This document shows, in pieces, positions 49,635-60,761 of a DNA stretch of 64,000 bases. Within the stretch, counting starts at the first letter, position 1. Every line of letters begins with the position of its first letter. The stretch covers positions 96,001 to 160,000 of the forward strand of contig CAVUZH010000022.1 of assembly GCA_963745835.1 (NCBI GenBank). Reading direction: 5' to 3'. The translations under genes and the position numbers were made by a program. The stretch is from an uncultured delta proteobacterium (lineage in GTDB: Bacteria; Desulfobacterota; Binatia; UBA9968). Under the pieces are notes generated by a model, which was given only the letters and a program-made list of their open reading frames with translations, did not search any database and was not told where the DNA came from.

Positions 49635-50516
49635 TCAATCACGTTGCTTCATCGCTTCACGCCAATAGCTTGCATCGAAAAATCTTTCCGGTGGATCGTA
49701 GGGTGGTTTGTACACACCCATTTCCTTTCTTAGCTCGATAACCGTGTTTATCGCCGCCGGATTGATCCTAGCTTGCGGCACGACCTTGCGATAAGCCTGC
49801 TCTGCGGAATCTCGGTTGAGCCCTTCTTTGGCCATGATCAGTTCCAGAGTTTCCGCCCGATTTTGCGGCGTCAGCAACCAGTCCGTTGCCGCCGCCCAGG
49901 CGCGAATAAAGCGCACCGTCAGATCGCGATGCTCGAGCAGCCAGCGGCGCAATGTCCAGCCGCATGTCAGCGGCCAACCGGGGACATAGTCTTCGGCGTT
50001 GGCGAGCAGCACCCCGCCCGCGGCTAAAGCCTTGTCGGAAGCTGGCGGCGTCAACATTGCAGCAGCGACTCTGCCGTTCAGAAAAGCCTCCAGCCGTTTG
50101 GGCGAGCTGCCGATGATTTCAATTTCATATTGGTCATCGTCCATGCCATGATGACGAAGGATCTTCTTGCGAATGAGATCGAGGTTCGAATCGCCGGGAT
50201 CACCGGCAAGCAGTTCCCCGCGTAGCTGCGCGATCGACGCAATCTCCGGCTGGCCAATCAGGTACGCGCTCAATCCCTCTTCGGCTTGCATGAAAAGAAG
50301 ATAATCAACTCCATCGGTAGTTGTGCGGGCAATCATCGTATCCGCGCTGCTGAGCGTTAAATCCCAACGTCCCTCGGCCATACCCCGGTTATGATCCGGA
50401 GCATAGGTCGTTTCGTGAAAGCGAATTTCGAGCCCTTCACTAGCGAAAAAGCCCTTATACTCGGCGACCAAATGAGGCGGCCTGCGTTGGTATCCGGTCG
50501 TACTGAGCACATCCAT
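49635..50516 (-). CDS. NMT1-like substrate-binding protein, no signal peptide
   Basis: VAEYKGFFASEGLEI, VRFIRAW, FFDASYW; RBS GGAGG before ATG 50516. Confidence 0.8.
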   Translation of the reverse strand: MDVLSTTGYQRRPPHLVAEYKGFFASEGLEIRFHETTYAPDHNRGMAEGRWDLTLSSADTMIARTTTDGVDYLLFMQAEEGLSAYLIGQPEIASIAQLRGELLAGDPGDSNLDLIRKKILRHHGMDDDQYEIEIIGSSPKRLEAFLNGRVAAAMLTPPASDKALAAGGVLLANAEDYVPGWPLTCGWTLRRWLLEHRDLTVRFIRAWAAATDWLLTPQNRAETLELIMAKEGLNRDSAEQAYRKVVPQARINPAAINTVIELRKEMGVYKPPYDPPERFFDASYWREAMKQRD

Positions 50517-50734
50517 TGCGTTTCCCTCCCAGTTCTTCTCTCTTCTATCGCCAGATGCGGCAACGCTCAAGCAGTCGAACAGCGGGCTTGATCTGGCCAT
50601 TACTCGCCGATTACGCCGATCATCCAACTGTCGCCTGTTAGCTGTCCCATCAAACTGCGCAATCAAAGTCATCTTGCTTTGGCAAACCAATTCAGTAGAC
50701 ATAAGACTAATTATATCTAATCAGGGACACCTCA

Positions 50735-51436
50735 ATGAAGCTAAAAGACAAAGTCGCGCTGGTCACCGGCGGAGCAAGAGGAATCGGTAAAGCCGTCGCC
50801 CTGGCTTACGCGCGCGAGGGCGCCAGGTTGGCGATTTGCGCGCGCACGACATCGGAGATCGATGAGACGGTTCAAGAGATTCAAAAGTTGAAAGCAGAGG
50901 CCAAAGGTTGGTCCTGCGATGTCTCCGTCGAAGATTCGGTTAAAGACTTTGTCGGCGATGTTATAAAAGACTTCGGACGTATCGACGTGTTGGTGAATAA
51001 CGCGGGAGTGATGACCCGGCCGGTTCCAATCACTCAGCTCGAAGTGAAGAAGTGGGATTATACGATTGCGGTAAATTTGCGCGGACCATTTCTCATAACT
51101 CAGTCGGTGTTGCCCGTCATGATCAAGCAAAAAAGCGGCTCGATCATCAACGTTTCATCGACGGTGGGACGCGGCGCCTACGCCAACTTTATCGCCTATG
51201 CCACTTCAAAATGGGGACTGGAAGGATTTACTCAGACCCTGGCCGCTGAAGTCCGCGCGTCAAACATTCGTGTCAACTCCGTAGAACCAGGTTACGTGGC
51301 AACCAAATTGACAGGCTATAGCGGCAGTCGCCCGGAATCTGTGACCGATGTTTTTCTTTATTTAGCATCGGATGAAGCGAACGGGATCACCGGCAAAATG
51401 CTGAGCTCCTCAGGATGGAAGTCTCAAATAAAATAA
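50735..51436 (+). CDS. Short-chain dehydrogenase/reductase
   Basis: TGGARGIG, NNAG, YATSK. Confidence 0.95.
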   Translation: MKLKDKVALVTGGARGIGKAVALAYAREGARLAICARTTSEIDETVQEIQKLKAEAKGWSCDVSVEDSVKDFVGDVIKDFGRIDVLVNNAGVMTRPVPITQLEVKKWDYTIAVNLRGPFLITQSVLPVMIKQKSGSIINVSSTVGRGAYANFIAYATSKWGLEGFTQTLAAEVRASNIRVNSVEPGYVATKLTGYSGSRPESVTDVFLYLASDEANGITGKMLSSSGWKSQIK

Positions 51437-51477
51437 ACGCCCCGGGGCGAAGTTCCGATTCAGCTCTAGTTCCATCA

Positions 51478-52494
51478 TCATCCCCTCGTCGGCACCCCGT
51501 CTGGATAGATCTGTTTGAGCAAGCCGTCGTCGATGAGCTGCTTCATAAAGCGGTTGTCGACAAATTCAGCGATGAAAGCCTCGGCCTGCTGGCCCGATAC
51601 TCCTAGATGTTCGAGAATGCTTCTCACCCCTTCGGCAGTCGGGGTGGGCACGGGCTCCATGTATTGGACTTCAGAATCATAGGTGTGTTGCAGGATCGCA
51701 CTATCAGAAACCCGGGTATACTTTTGTAAAATGCTCCTGGCTTCACTCGGGCGCCTTCTGATATAGGCGACTGCCTCGGTGATGCCGGCGACAAAGCTGC
51801 GCATGCGCGCCGGCTGTTTGGCGGTATAAGAACGCAGCACCGTAGTGCAATTTCCGGCATAGGGAATGTTCAGATCGCCTAGCTCCAGCAACGGCTTGAA
51901 GCCTGCCGCCGCAGCCTGGATATCGTTGGGCGGTGACGCAAAGATGCCGTGCACTCTGCCATTGGCCAGCGCGGCAAAGGCAGCGCTGGTGGAGCCGCTA
52001 TAGATGATCGAAACATCCTGCCCGGGCCTCATTCGCTCGCGTGCCATAAATAGTTTAGCGGCAAAATCGCTGGCGGAACCTGGATTGGCGACCGCGACAA
52101 CTTTCCCCCGCAGATCGGCAATCTTCTGGATTGCCGGGTGCACCATTATCTTGGACGTGAGCTTGTGAACCACACAGGAGGTAACCGCAACGTCTCCCCC
52201 GCTCAAGCGCATCTGCACCACAGGGGGCCCGGCGGAAAAATACACCTGTATGTCGCCGCTCACCAGGGCCGGCCTGCCTGCGGCGCGCGGCAGATAAATT
52301 GGCCTGACCTGCAGACCATGCTTTTCAAACAGCTTTGCATCGGTCCCGACCCAGAGAGGCAGGATCGATCCAGAGAGGGTTCCGTGTCCGGCGAGAATGG
52401 TCGGCCGTTCTTGAGCATGCGATGCTCTCGACGACAAAACGATGATCGCCAATGCAATCAGTTGTTGCCGTAAAAGGCGACGGTTCAGTCTCAT
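51478..52494 (-). CDS. NMT1/THI5-like ABC substrate-binding protein
   Basis: LWVGTDAKLFEKHGL, DLRGKVVAV, FVDNRF. Confidence 0.9.
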   Translation of the reverse strand: MRLNRRLLRQQLIALAIIVLSSRASHAQERPTILAGHGTLSGSILPLWVGTDAKLFEKHGLQVRPIYLPRAAGRPALVSGDIQVYFSAGPPVVQMRLSGGDVAVTSCVVHKLTSKIMVHPAIQKIADLRGKVVAVANPGSASDFAAKLFMARERMRPGQDVSIIYSGSTSAAFAALANGRVHGIFASPPNDIQAAAAGFKPLLELGDLNIPYAGNCTTVLRSYTAKQPARMRSFVAGITEAVAYIRRRPSEARSILQKYTRVSDSAILQHTYDSEVQYMEPVPTPTAEGVRSILEHLGVSGQQAEAFIAEFVDNRFMKQLIDDGLLKQIYPDGVPTRG

Positions 52495-52755
52495 ATCAAC
52501 CTCACTGTAGGAACGATATTTCAGGCGCGCACGGGCGAAGCTGTGATTACGAATTAGCGCGCCAAAATAGAATGCACGTAGACATTTCAGTGCCTGGCTT
52601 GGCGCCAGTTTGCAAGCTGTTCAGGGGTCTGGACCGGCAGTTTTGTTTGTCGTGAAGTCAACCGAGGCGGGCAGCTTGATATAAATCCGAAGATCAACAG
52701 GCAGTTCGAGCCAAGTGTTCGCCGTGGGTTCTTGAGCAGAACGCTTCGTGAGTAA

Positions 52756-53142
52756 TCAAGAATGATTATCGTCGCAGTTTTGTGTGATTAGCTCGCCAAT
52801 CTTTCGCTTCAATTCTATCATTGTGAAGGGCTTGACGATGTAACTGTTGCAACCCGCTTCCAGGCAAGCATTGAGATCGGCACGGCGACACATCGCCGTA
52901 GCCGCGAGAATCGGGATGTCCTTGGTCTCGGGATTGTCGCGCACGGCCCGGCTCGCCTGCCAGCCATCCATCTCCGGCATCATGATGTCCATCAGGATTA
53001 AGTCCGGCTGCTCTGCAATCGCTTTTGCAATTCCTGTATAACCATTCTCGGCCGAGATCACCAAATAACCTAGCATTTCGAGTTGACATCGAAGTACTTC
53101 GCGTACGTCCGGGTTGTCGTCGACAATCAAAATTTTCGCCAT
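52756..53142 (-). CDS. Single-domain response regulator (DivK-like)
   Basis: ILIVDDN, PDLILMDIMMPEMDG, YIVKPF. Confidence 0.9.
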   Translation of the reverse strand: MAKILIVDDNPDVREVLRCQLEMLGYLVISAENGYTGIAKAIAEQPDLILMDIMMPEMDGWQASRAVRDNPETKDIPILAATAMCRRADLNACLEAGCNSYIVKPFTMIELKRKIGELITQNCDDNHS

Positions 53143-53293
53143 GCTAAGTGCTCCGGCGGTGCTCTCGGAACATGCCGGGGTACTATTATCGCCTAAGATT
53201 GTTGCCGGGCGCAAATGATTCAAATACTTACATGCAGGATATCGGCTGATATCTGAGGGGATCATGGGGGCTTGGCCGCGACCCCCAGATGGA

Positions 53294-54295
53294 CTAACGC
53301 AGGAGGGTCAATGCGACGGCGGCGAGCGCCGCGATCAATGCAGTGCCGGCCAGCCCTAAAGCCACGACAACGGCGGTACGCCATCGCGCCGCAACGCTTC
53401 GCCACTCGCTCACCGAATCGGATGCCGTGACACCGCCTTCAAAAAGCGACTGCTGCATTACTGATTTCGCCGAAAGCACGTCTTCGGCGGCCCTTTCAAA
53501 ATGCTCCTGCCCTATTTGCTTGCCTAGGTCGGGACCGGATTCGGCGGCAGCAGCGGCCGCTGCCTTGATAACCGCATTTTTGATGTCGCCGCCGCTCATC
53601 TGGTAGCGCTCGGCGAGCCGGCGGAAATCTACATCCGCCCCGAGCGGTGTCTTTTTCGGGTGAATTTGCAGCTCCCAAATACGGACGCGCTCCTCCACTC
53701 CCGGCATTTCAAACAACACATGGGTTCGAATGCGCCGCTCAAATGCCGGGTCAAAATTCGCCGCTAGGTTGGTCGCAAAGATCACGATGCCGTTGAAAGC
53801 TTCCAGCTCGCGGAGAAGAACGTTGATGGTCAGGTTGCTCTCGCGGTCGTGCGGCAAAATGCTCCCCGCCGAGCGGCGCGTTGCAATGGCATCAGCTTCA
53901 TCAAAAAACAGCACCGCGCTTTGCTCGGCGGCGGCGCGAAATGCCGCGACTATGTTTTTAGGCGTTTCCCCGAACCACATGGACTCTGCTTGAGCATAGT
54001 CGACAACGAGAAGCTTCAGGCCGAGTTCATGCGCAATAGCCTCGGCGCAGATGGTCTTTCCCGTCCCCGGCGCCCCGGCAAAATTAAAAGCTAAACCCCG
54101 TCCGGCAGTGTGCCGCTCACCTAAACCCCAACGGCCAAAGATCAGTTCATGATTTCGCACTTGAGCCAGCGCGTGCTCCAATGTCCGCCGGGTTTGAGGA
54201 GGGAGGACGACATCCGCCAACGTGCGCCCCGGGGTGACGGTTTCCACGACTCGTCGCGAGCGATTGGTAAAGAACGAAAACAGAGGAGTAGTCAT
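53294..54295 (-). CDS. AAA+ ATPase with C-terminal transmembrane helix
   Basis: GAPGTGKT, LFFDEADA, ATN...DPAFERR, SGGDIKN; C-term VVVALGLAGTALIAALAAVALTLLR. Confidence 0.9.
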   Translation of the reverse strand: MTTPLFSFFTNRSRRVVETVTPGRTLADVVLPPQTRRTLEHALAQVRNHELIFGRWGLGERHTAGRGLAFNFAGAPGTGKTICAEAIAHELGLKLLVVDYAQAESMWFGETPKNIVAAFRAAAEQSAVLFFDEADAIATRRSAGSILPHDRESNLTINVLLRELEAFNGIVIFATNLAANFDPAFERRIRTHVLFEMPGVEERVRIWELQIHPKKTPLGADVDFRRLAERYQMSGGDIKNAVIKAAAAAAAESGPDLGKQIGQEHFERAAEDVLSAKSVMQQSLFEGGVTASDSVSEWRSVAARWRTAVVVALGLAGTALIAALAAVALTLLR

Positions 54296-54447
54296 AATTG
54301 ATTCTAATCAAAGACGCGGCTGGGTTTGTCTTCGACTTTTCCACGCCGGTCATAAAACCAAACTCTATTTACCGTGGTGTGTCTTGCCACCGAGTCGTTA
54401 TGTGTCGGGGCTTATCGCCTCAACATCCTGTAAATTCTGCCTGCCAA

Positions 54448-54828
54448 CTAATTTGAGATCGCGATGATTATAGCAGTCATGACAGCCACGATGCTGCAAA
54501 TCATCGCAACGATAGCGATAACATTTGCCCGACGTGAGTTAGCTGCGGCCAATTGGCTGAGGGTCATCGCCTCACGAGAACGAGATATAGCCTCCGCGGC
54601 CGCCGCAGCGGCCGTGCGCGCCGTGGAAAAAGCCTCTTCGGAATTCGCTAAGCCTTTTGTCTCCCGTGCAGCGCGGCGTTCGGATTCTTTGGAATTCAAC
54701 CATGCTTTAACGGCTGTCGATTTGGAGCTCCCAACCATTCCAAATTCCCCGCGTGCCAATCGCGTACGCACTTCCGCTTCGCCGATTCTCTCCAGCTCGC
54801 TCACTAGATCGTTTCCCCAGGACGTCAT
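54448..54828 (-). CDS. Hypothetical coiled-coil protein with C-terminal TM helix
   Basis: Ala-rich helix followed by ANVIAIVAMICSIVAVMTAIIIA. Confidence 0.7.
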   Translation of the reverse strand: MTSWGNDLVSELERIGEAEVRTRLARGEFGMVGSSKSTAVKAWLNSKESERRAARETKGLANSEEAFSTARTAAAAAAEAISRSREAMTLSQLAAANSRRANVIAIVAMICSIVAVMTAIIIAISN

Positions 54829-54904
54829 TAGCTTATCCGTTTCAAACAGTTTAACTTACTACCAAAAAGGCCGTCCAGCCACACAGGCGATGCCTGGGGG
54901 TGGT

Positions 54905-54945
54905 TCTTTCGAAAAGATCTCTCACTTCGTTCGAGATGACAGCTC
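54905..54945. repeat. REP-like palindromic remnant
   Basis: TTTCGAAAAGATCTCTCACTTCGTTCGAGATGACAG; single copy in window, called from pattern resemblance. Confidence 0.35.
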
Positions 54946-55779
54946 CATACTCTGATGTGATTCCAAAATCCCCCGGTGAGACTCAGGATAAGCCCCCAGA
55001 GCGTTCTTTCCCTCGGGAACGATCAAAGCAACCTCGAACTGAACCACTACCAATTCCCGTTCGGCTGCTAATCCGTCCAAGCTCCCGGCTCTTCAGCGAT
55101 TTTCTTCCGATACGCAAGAAACCTGTGCCGATTATTCACAATATGGAAACACTTTCGGTGATAGGCTGGCCGAACATAGATCTGAGCTCGACAATCAGGC
55201 AAGGAAATCATCCGCATACAGCCGCACTTCGTTACGACAGCACCTCGCTTAAAAAGGCGCACATATTGCCGTACTGTTATATTATAAATGAGAAAAAGCT
55301 CTCTGCATTCGAAGATTCTCTGGCACAGGAAACAGAACTGTTGTATGTCGTGACAGTGGTGATCTTTATCTTGGTCTGCGATCTGATCATGGCCTGGATC
55401 GGCTCCCCGCGGAACGGCAATTCTCCCAAGTAGCTAGGAACGGCACCACTCTGATCATGTCCTTTTGAGCGAGAAAGAAGCGCATGAGACATTCGAATCC
55501 GAGAAACGTATGGGCATCTTCCCGCGATCGACCACTTTGCTTACGAAGCCGATTACCTTGTAAGAAATGGCGGGCCTGGTCCCGCATAACACGGCTCAAA
55601 CCCCCTGAAATCCAGTCTCCGCGCCCGCCATCTGCTGATCTGCCTGATGAATATGTGCCCGGCGTCATTAAAGGAAGTGAAATGACACGTGATAAGACAA
55701 GCTCGAAATTAGATCGCAAGTCTCGCGCACCGCATACCTAAGGATCGAATCGAGACGTATCACGATCAAGGAGAAGGCC

Positions 55780-56685
55780 ATGTTTACCAAACTACTTGTA
55801 CCGCTGGATGGATCAAAGACGGCTGAAAAGGCGCTGCCGTACGCCCGATATTTGGCACAGGACAAGAATGTTGTGGTTGAACTGTTGGCGGTAGTCGATG
55901 TCGCGAATATGGCGAGTTCTATGACTGCCGAACGGGCGCTGCACCTTGATACGATGGTGGACGACGCGGGTCGCGCCAGTGAGAAATACTTACAAGCGGT
56001 CGCCGGTACTTTAACTGCAGCTAAGATCAAAACGGTGGTGGACAGCGGCAGGCCTGAAGAGGTGATTATTGAAAAAGCCGCGGCGGACCAAGATACGTTG
56101 ATCACGATGGCGACCCATGGTCGTTCCGGCATGAACCGCTGGCTGCTCGGCAGCGTCGCCGAAAAAGTTCTCCGGGGGGCCAGCAATCCGGTGTTATTGA
56201 TTCGTGCAACAGAAAATACCAGAAGCGAAGACGGGCCGACGCTTAAGTCGCTGATAGTACCGCTGGACGGATCCGACTTGGCGGAAAGAGTATTGCCGAC
56301 GGCGATTGAGCTGGCCAAGCAGAAGAATCTGGATATCGTGTTGATCCGCACCTATAACATTCCGAGCACTGCATATGCCGGAGTCGAGGGGTATGCATTG
56401 CCGATAGACGATTTGCTGAACGAGATGAGAGAGGAAGCCTGTGAGTATCTCGAGAACAAGGTCGCCGATGTGAAGAAGCTCGGAATCGCCAGGGTATCCT
56501 TCACCGCCAAGGAAGGCTTACCCGCCGATGAAATCATATCCTTCGCCAAAAACCTTCCCGGCGGGCTGGTTACCATGTCGACTCACGGTCGTTCAGGGGT
56601 AAGGCGCTGGGTGCTGGGCAGCGTCACAGAAACGGTGGTGCGGCATTCGGAAAATCCAGTGCTGGTGATTCGAGCTTCAACGTAG
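55780..56685 (+). CDS. Tandem universal stress protein
   Basis: Two LVPLDGS ... MATHGRSG...LGSVAEKV domains. Confidence 0.95.
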   Translation: MFTKLLVPLDGSKTAEKALPYARYLAQDKNVVVELLAVVDVANMASSMTAERALHLDTMVDDAGRASEKYLQAVAGTLTAAKIKTVVDSGRPEEVIIEKAAADQDTLITMATHGRSGMNRWLLGSVAEKVLRGASNPVLLIRATENTRSEDGPTLKSLIVPLDGSDLAERVLPTAIELAKQKNLDIVLIRTYNIPSTAYAGVEGYALPIDDLLNEMREEACEYLENKVADVKKLGIARVSFTAKEGLPADEIISFAKNLPGGLVTMSTHGRSGVRRWVLGSVTETVVRHSENPVLVIRAST

Positions 56686-56801
56686 AAGCCGACGATGCCG
56701 GCGACTTGCGGTGCTGCTCAATGGATCAATGAGACGTTGTGCGTCTGATCGCATAGCGCTATCGGCTGGTGGGTCATTCTTCGTTGGATGGCTTGCGCGG
56801 G

Positions 56802-57563
56802 TCACCAACTATTCATAACTCGGCGCGGCCGCCAGTGATGGGCCTTATGCTCAGCCACATAATCCGAGCGCGCAAACAGTTTCACGAGCACAACTCCGGC
56901 TACGAATCCACCGACGTGAGCCCAGAAAGCGACGCCGCCTGCCTCTCCACCGAAAGACACCCAGCCGCTAACGAACTGAATCAGAAACCAGTAACCGAGC
57001 ATCACCCATGCCGGCAATGCCATTGAGGTAATGAAGAAACCAAGGACCAGCAATGTATAGACGCGCACTGTTGGATAAAGCAGCAGGTAGCCACCCATGA
57101 CTCCGCTGATCGCTCCGGACGCGCCAACCATTGGAATCGCCGAGTCGGGGCTGGTGATGATCTGGGCGGTTGCGGCCGTCAAACCGCACAAAAGATAGAA
57201 CACGACGAACCGCAATCGTCCCATGGAATCTTCGACATTATTGCCGAATAGCCACAAGAACCACATGTTACCCAACATATGCATCCACGAGCCATGCAAG
57301 AACATGTGCGTCAAGATATGGGAGAGCTGACGGCCGGGATCAGTAGCGCAGGCAATCCCCTCCCCTATGGGAAACTGCGTACCGGGCGCGATCGACCCCG
57401 TCAGTTCTCCGGGTATCAGCCCAAGCTCGCATACCGAGCGCGCCAGCGCCAACGTGCTACCGGCCCCTTGAACGAACAGCCAGGCAAACACATTTAGCGC
57501 AATCAGCGTCAGCGTCACGATCGCTGTACGTTGAGTCTCGTTTTCATCGCGATAAGGAAACAT
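56802..57563 (-). CDS. Rhomboid intramembrane serine protease
   Basis: MFLHGSWMHMLGNM, GASGAISG, AHVGGF. Confidence 0.95.
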   Translation of the reverse strand: MFPYRDENETQRTAIVTLTLIALNVFAWLFVQGAGSTLALARSVCELGLIPGELTGSIAPGTQFPIGEGIACATDPGRQLSHILTHMFLHGSWMHMLGNMWFLWLFGNNVEDSMGRLRFVVFYLLCGLTAATAQIITSPDSAIPMVGASGAISGVMGGYLLLYPTVRVYTLLVLGFFITSMALPAWVMLGYWFLIQFVSGWVSFGGEAGGVAFWAHVGGFVAGVVLVKLFARSDYVAEHKAHHWRPRRVMNSW

Positions 57564-58122
57564 GCGCGCTCCTCTCTTAATCTAATCTTAATCTAACTCC
57601 CAAGGGAGAGTAGAGTTTAGTTAGACAGCTGGCATTCCCGATGATTGCGAGCGTTCTCACTCAACATATCCGGCGGAATATAGTTGCGCTAGTGTTGCGT
57701 ACGTTGAGGTAGTCATACCCCGTTAAAACCGAAATGTGCATATGACGAAGTGAAGGAAAGTCACCGCAAAATGCCGTCTTATTTACAGATTCTCTGTCGG
57801 TTATATTCCGGCAAACATGCTGGCCCGGAAAATTGCTCCCGAACCCATAATTCTCCGTGCTTCCGCAAAAACTTTGTGGGTTTCATGCGTAAACGCTACA
57901 TGATCATAAGACGTCCACAGACGCTTAAACCCGTTGCCCTTTTCTCGATTTCGGTTGTCCGAACCAATCGCGACGTTAACCGCCTCTAGTCTTGTAGTTA
58001 ATTTTCAGAGTTATACAATTTCACCAGCGACATTGCGCGTTTTAGCTTCAGCAAATTCGTGCTTGGCCTATTAAGACACCTGAAGGAAAACCGATGGCCA
58101 CGATCTTCTACATCAAAGCCGG

Positions 58123-58569
58123 TATGATACGCCGCGCGCAGACGCACCTACCCTTCTGCGCCTTTAGTTCTGTGATCTTTTCAGCGGCATTCCTATTTTT
58201 CGGTTGCAGCATCTTGCCTTTGAACTCGGAGCGCACGGCTATGCCGGCATTGGAGCCTTTTCGAAGGCGGAACTCAGCTTGCGCACGGCTGCGGAAGCCC
58301 GGGCTGACGAACTCGCTCCGATGGATTTGCAAAGAGCTAAGGAAAAATTGGAAAACGCCAGAAGAGCGATGGCGGCGGGGAGGAATACCGAAGCTCGCCG
58401 CCTCGCCGAAGCCGCTGATGTAGAAGCGGAGCTCGCCCAAGCAAAGGCTGAAGCCGAGATTATGCGTGTGGCTGCGGATCAACTTCGACTGCGCGGCGAC
58501 GCTCTGCGACAGGAAATGGAAGGCGCCGCAAGGCGGCGATCGGCGACGGAAGCACCAAAAGGCCAATGA
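58123..58569 (+). CDS. DUF4398-like lipoprotein, frameshift in T-run near 58260
   Basis: Lipobox FFGC in one frame continues as SKAELSLRTAAEARADELAP...AELAQAKA after adding one T. Confidence 0.7.
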
Positions 58570-58922
58570 TGACTTCGAAAAGTATTTTGCAGAAGTGGAA
58601 AGGGAGGGCAACGGTGCTGTCGTTGCTGGCCTTGCTTTCGGCCTCATGCGTCGCCGAGGTGCGTAATCCCGCCTTGGAGCGTGGACGAAACGCCTACGAA
58701 AGAGTTCGGCGCGACCCGGCAGTTGTCGGGCGCGCCGCGGTTGCTTTGGAAAAAACCCGTTCGACTCTAGAAGAAGCCGAACGCGTCTGGGCCGAGGAAA
58801 AGGATGCTAACGAAGTCGAGCATCTGGTTTACCTCACCGAGAAAAGAGCCGAGATCGCCCTTGCTATCTCAAGACGCAGGATAGCGGCCGACGAAATCCA
58901 ACAGCTCAGACCACAGCGTTAA
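58566..58922 (+). CDS. DUF4398-like lipoprotein lacking OmpA domain
   Basis: Lipobox SASC, NPALERGR...EVEHLVYLTEKRAEIA. Confidence 0.75.
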   Translation: MMTSKSILQKWKGRATVLSLLALLSASCVAEVRNPALERGRNAYERVRRDPAVVGRAAVALEKTRSTLEEAERVWAEEKDANEVEHLVYLTEKRAEIALAISRRRIAADEIQQLRPQR

Positions 58923-59107
58923 AGCATGCGCCGGCGCGCACAATGGCCTCAGGAGCCGATTATCACATCACCGCTGGCGTCGCCTTTGCAATCTCCGCCC
59001 CTGCGGCAAATTCGAGCACCAATAAACCCACCAGTCGGGCGCAAAAACTTGAACTTGCCTGGCACCATCAAGGTCGCTACTTGAGATGCTAGGGCGGCCA
59101 CAAACAA

Positions 59108-59143
59108 CAAGGGGGCGAGCCGATTATTCGACTTGCCCCCTTG
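59108..59143 (-). terminator. Intrinsic terminator of ubiD-like gene
   Basis: CAAGGGGGCGAG ... CTTGCCCCCTTG stem followed by TTGTTTG on minus strand. Confidence 0.7.
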
Positions 59144-59168
59144 ATTCGGATTGGAAACGTTCTAGCTC

Positions 59169-60608
59169 TTACTTCTTGCCGTTGGTGCTGAACAGTTCTG
59201 CGCCCCACTTTTTAGCCGTCGCATCCAGCACTTCCTTACTCGACTCCGCAACCGGAGGAAAATCTTTCATCCACTCATACGGCCGGGTGGCATCGATGAT
59301 TGCGCGAGAGTTAAAGCCTTTCTTGGTCGGGTGAATCACCGGATCGAGCGGGCCGCTCCAACAGCGCCGCAGAATATCGATGTCTTGCTCGGGTTCGCAA
59401 CGAGTCGACATCGCCCAAATCATGTCGTCGGTGTTTGATGGATCAATATCATCATCAACAACGACGACGAAGCGGCCGAGATACGCTCCCGCGTGACACT
59501 GCGAGGCAATAACCGCGGCCTGCTTGGCATGGCCCGGATAGCGTTGCTTGATGGAAACACACATCATCAATCGGCTACCGCCGGAAACTGTAAGCCACAC
59601 GCCCTTCACATCCGGCACACCAGCTTTTTCCATTTCATCCCAGATAAGAGCCGATCGGAGGTACGAACGGTACCATCCCAACTCTGCGGGCGGTCGCCCC
59701 GGAGGCGAACCGAGAATGATCGGGTCGTTGCGGTGATAAAGCCGCTTTACCTCGACCCACGGTTCGGCGCGTTCTGCGCTGGCATAGTAGCCGGTCCACT
59801 CGCCGAACGGCCCTTCTACCGTCGGATTATCGAAATGAACGTCACCCTCGACCACGATCTCGGCATTGGCCGGAATCGGCAGTCCGGAATACTCGCCTTC
59901 GATCATTTCGAAGGGTTCGCCGCGCAACCCGCCAATAAACTCATATTCAGGCACACCGTATGGCACTTCGATGCTGCCTGCGAGAAAAGTTAGGGGATCA
60001 TGCCCGAACGACATGGCAATCTTGAAAGGCTTGCCGTTGGCGGCGTACTTTTCCCGCTGAATGCGGCCGTGCTTGCCGGGCGAGATGTAAAATCCCAACT
60101 TGTTCTTGTCGTGGATCATCACCCGGTAAGTACCGTAATTGACCCAGCCCTCATCGGGATCGCGGGTAATATCGACGCTGCCGGTGCCTATATAACGACC
60201 GCCGTCTTTGTCGTGCCAAAATGGCGTCGGAAATTTAAACATGTCGATATCGCCGTCCTTGTAAACGTTATCGAACAGCGCGCTTTTCTTGACGAACTTT
60301 GCCGGTACCGGCTTGATGCTTTTGTAATTGTCTTTCCAGATTTTGACGAAATCCATCTTGGTCTCGCCCGAGGGAAGCCCTAATGTGAGCGCCAGCCGCT
60401 TGCGTGACGAAAGCGAGTTGGAAAGTACGCGGTAGCCCTTGGGGTAACCTTTGATGTCTTCGAAAAGCACCGCCGGGCCGTCTTCTTTGTGGGCCACGAG
60501 CTCGGTGATGGCGCCGATCTCGAGGTTCCAGTCGCAACCCTTGAGGGTCTTGAGTTCGCCCATTTCATCCGCGATTTGGATCCAATCTCTAAGATCCTGA
60601 TATTCCAT
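59169..60608 (-). CDS. UbiD-family decarboxylase
   Basis: DGGRYIGT, NYGTYR, EGPFGEWTGYY, VVDDDID, IIDATRP. Confidence 0.95.
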   Translation of the reverse strand: MEYQDLRDWIQIADEMGELKTLKGCDWNLEIGAITELVAHKEDGPAVLFEDIKGYPKGYRVLSNSLSSRKRLALTLGLPSGETKMDFVKIWKDNYKSIKPVPAKFVKKSALFDNVYKDGDIDMFKFPTPFWHDKDGGRYIGTGSVDITRDPDEGWVNYGTYRVMIHDKNKLGFYISPGKHGRIQREKYAANGKPFKIAMSFGHDPLTFLAGSIEVPYGVPEYEFIGGLRGEPFEMIEGEYSGLPIPANAEIVVEGDVHFDNPTVEGPFGEWTGYYASAERAEPWVEVKRLYHRNDPIILGSPPGRPPAELGWYRSYLRSALIWDEMEKAGVPDVKGVWLTVSGGSRLMMCVSIKQRYPGHAKQAAVIASQCHAGAYLGRFVVVVDDDIDPSNTDDMIWAMSTRCEPEQDIDILRRCWSGPLDPVIHPTKKGFNSRAIIDATRPYEWMKDFPPVAESSKEVLDATAKKWGAELFSTNGKK

Positions 60609-60761
60609 TGATACCTCCTAAGTTTTCTCGGTAGACGAAGCTATGAAGACGCTCGGCTTGTAACTCAGACCTTAACGAAATTTCCCAGAACGGTCAAGAA
60701 GTCGATAACGTCGGAATCACGAGTAGTTATAATTGAAAACAACGGCTGATCATGCTACCCC

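Noticed and set aside
54900-55741. ORFs on both strands of this intergenic stretch
   Set aside because: No recognisable motifs or convincing RBS
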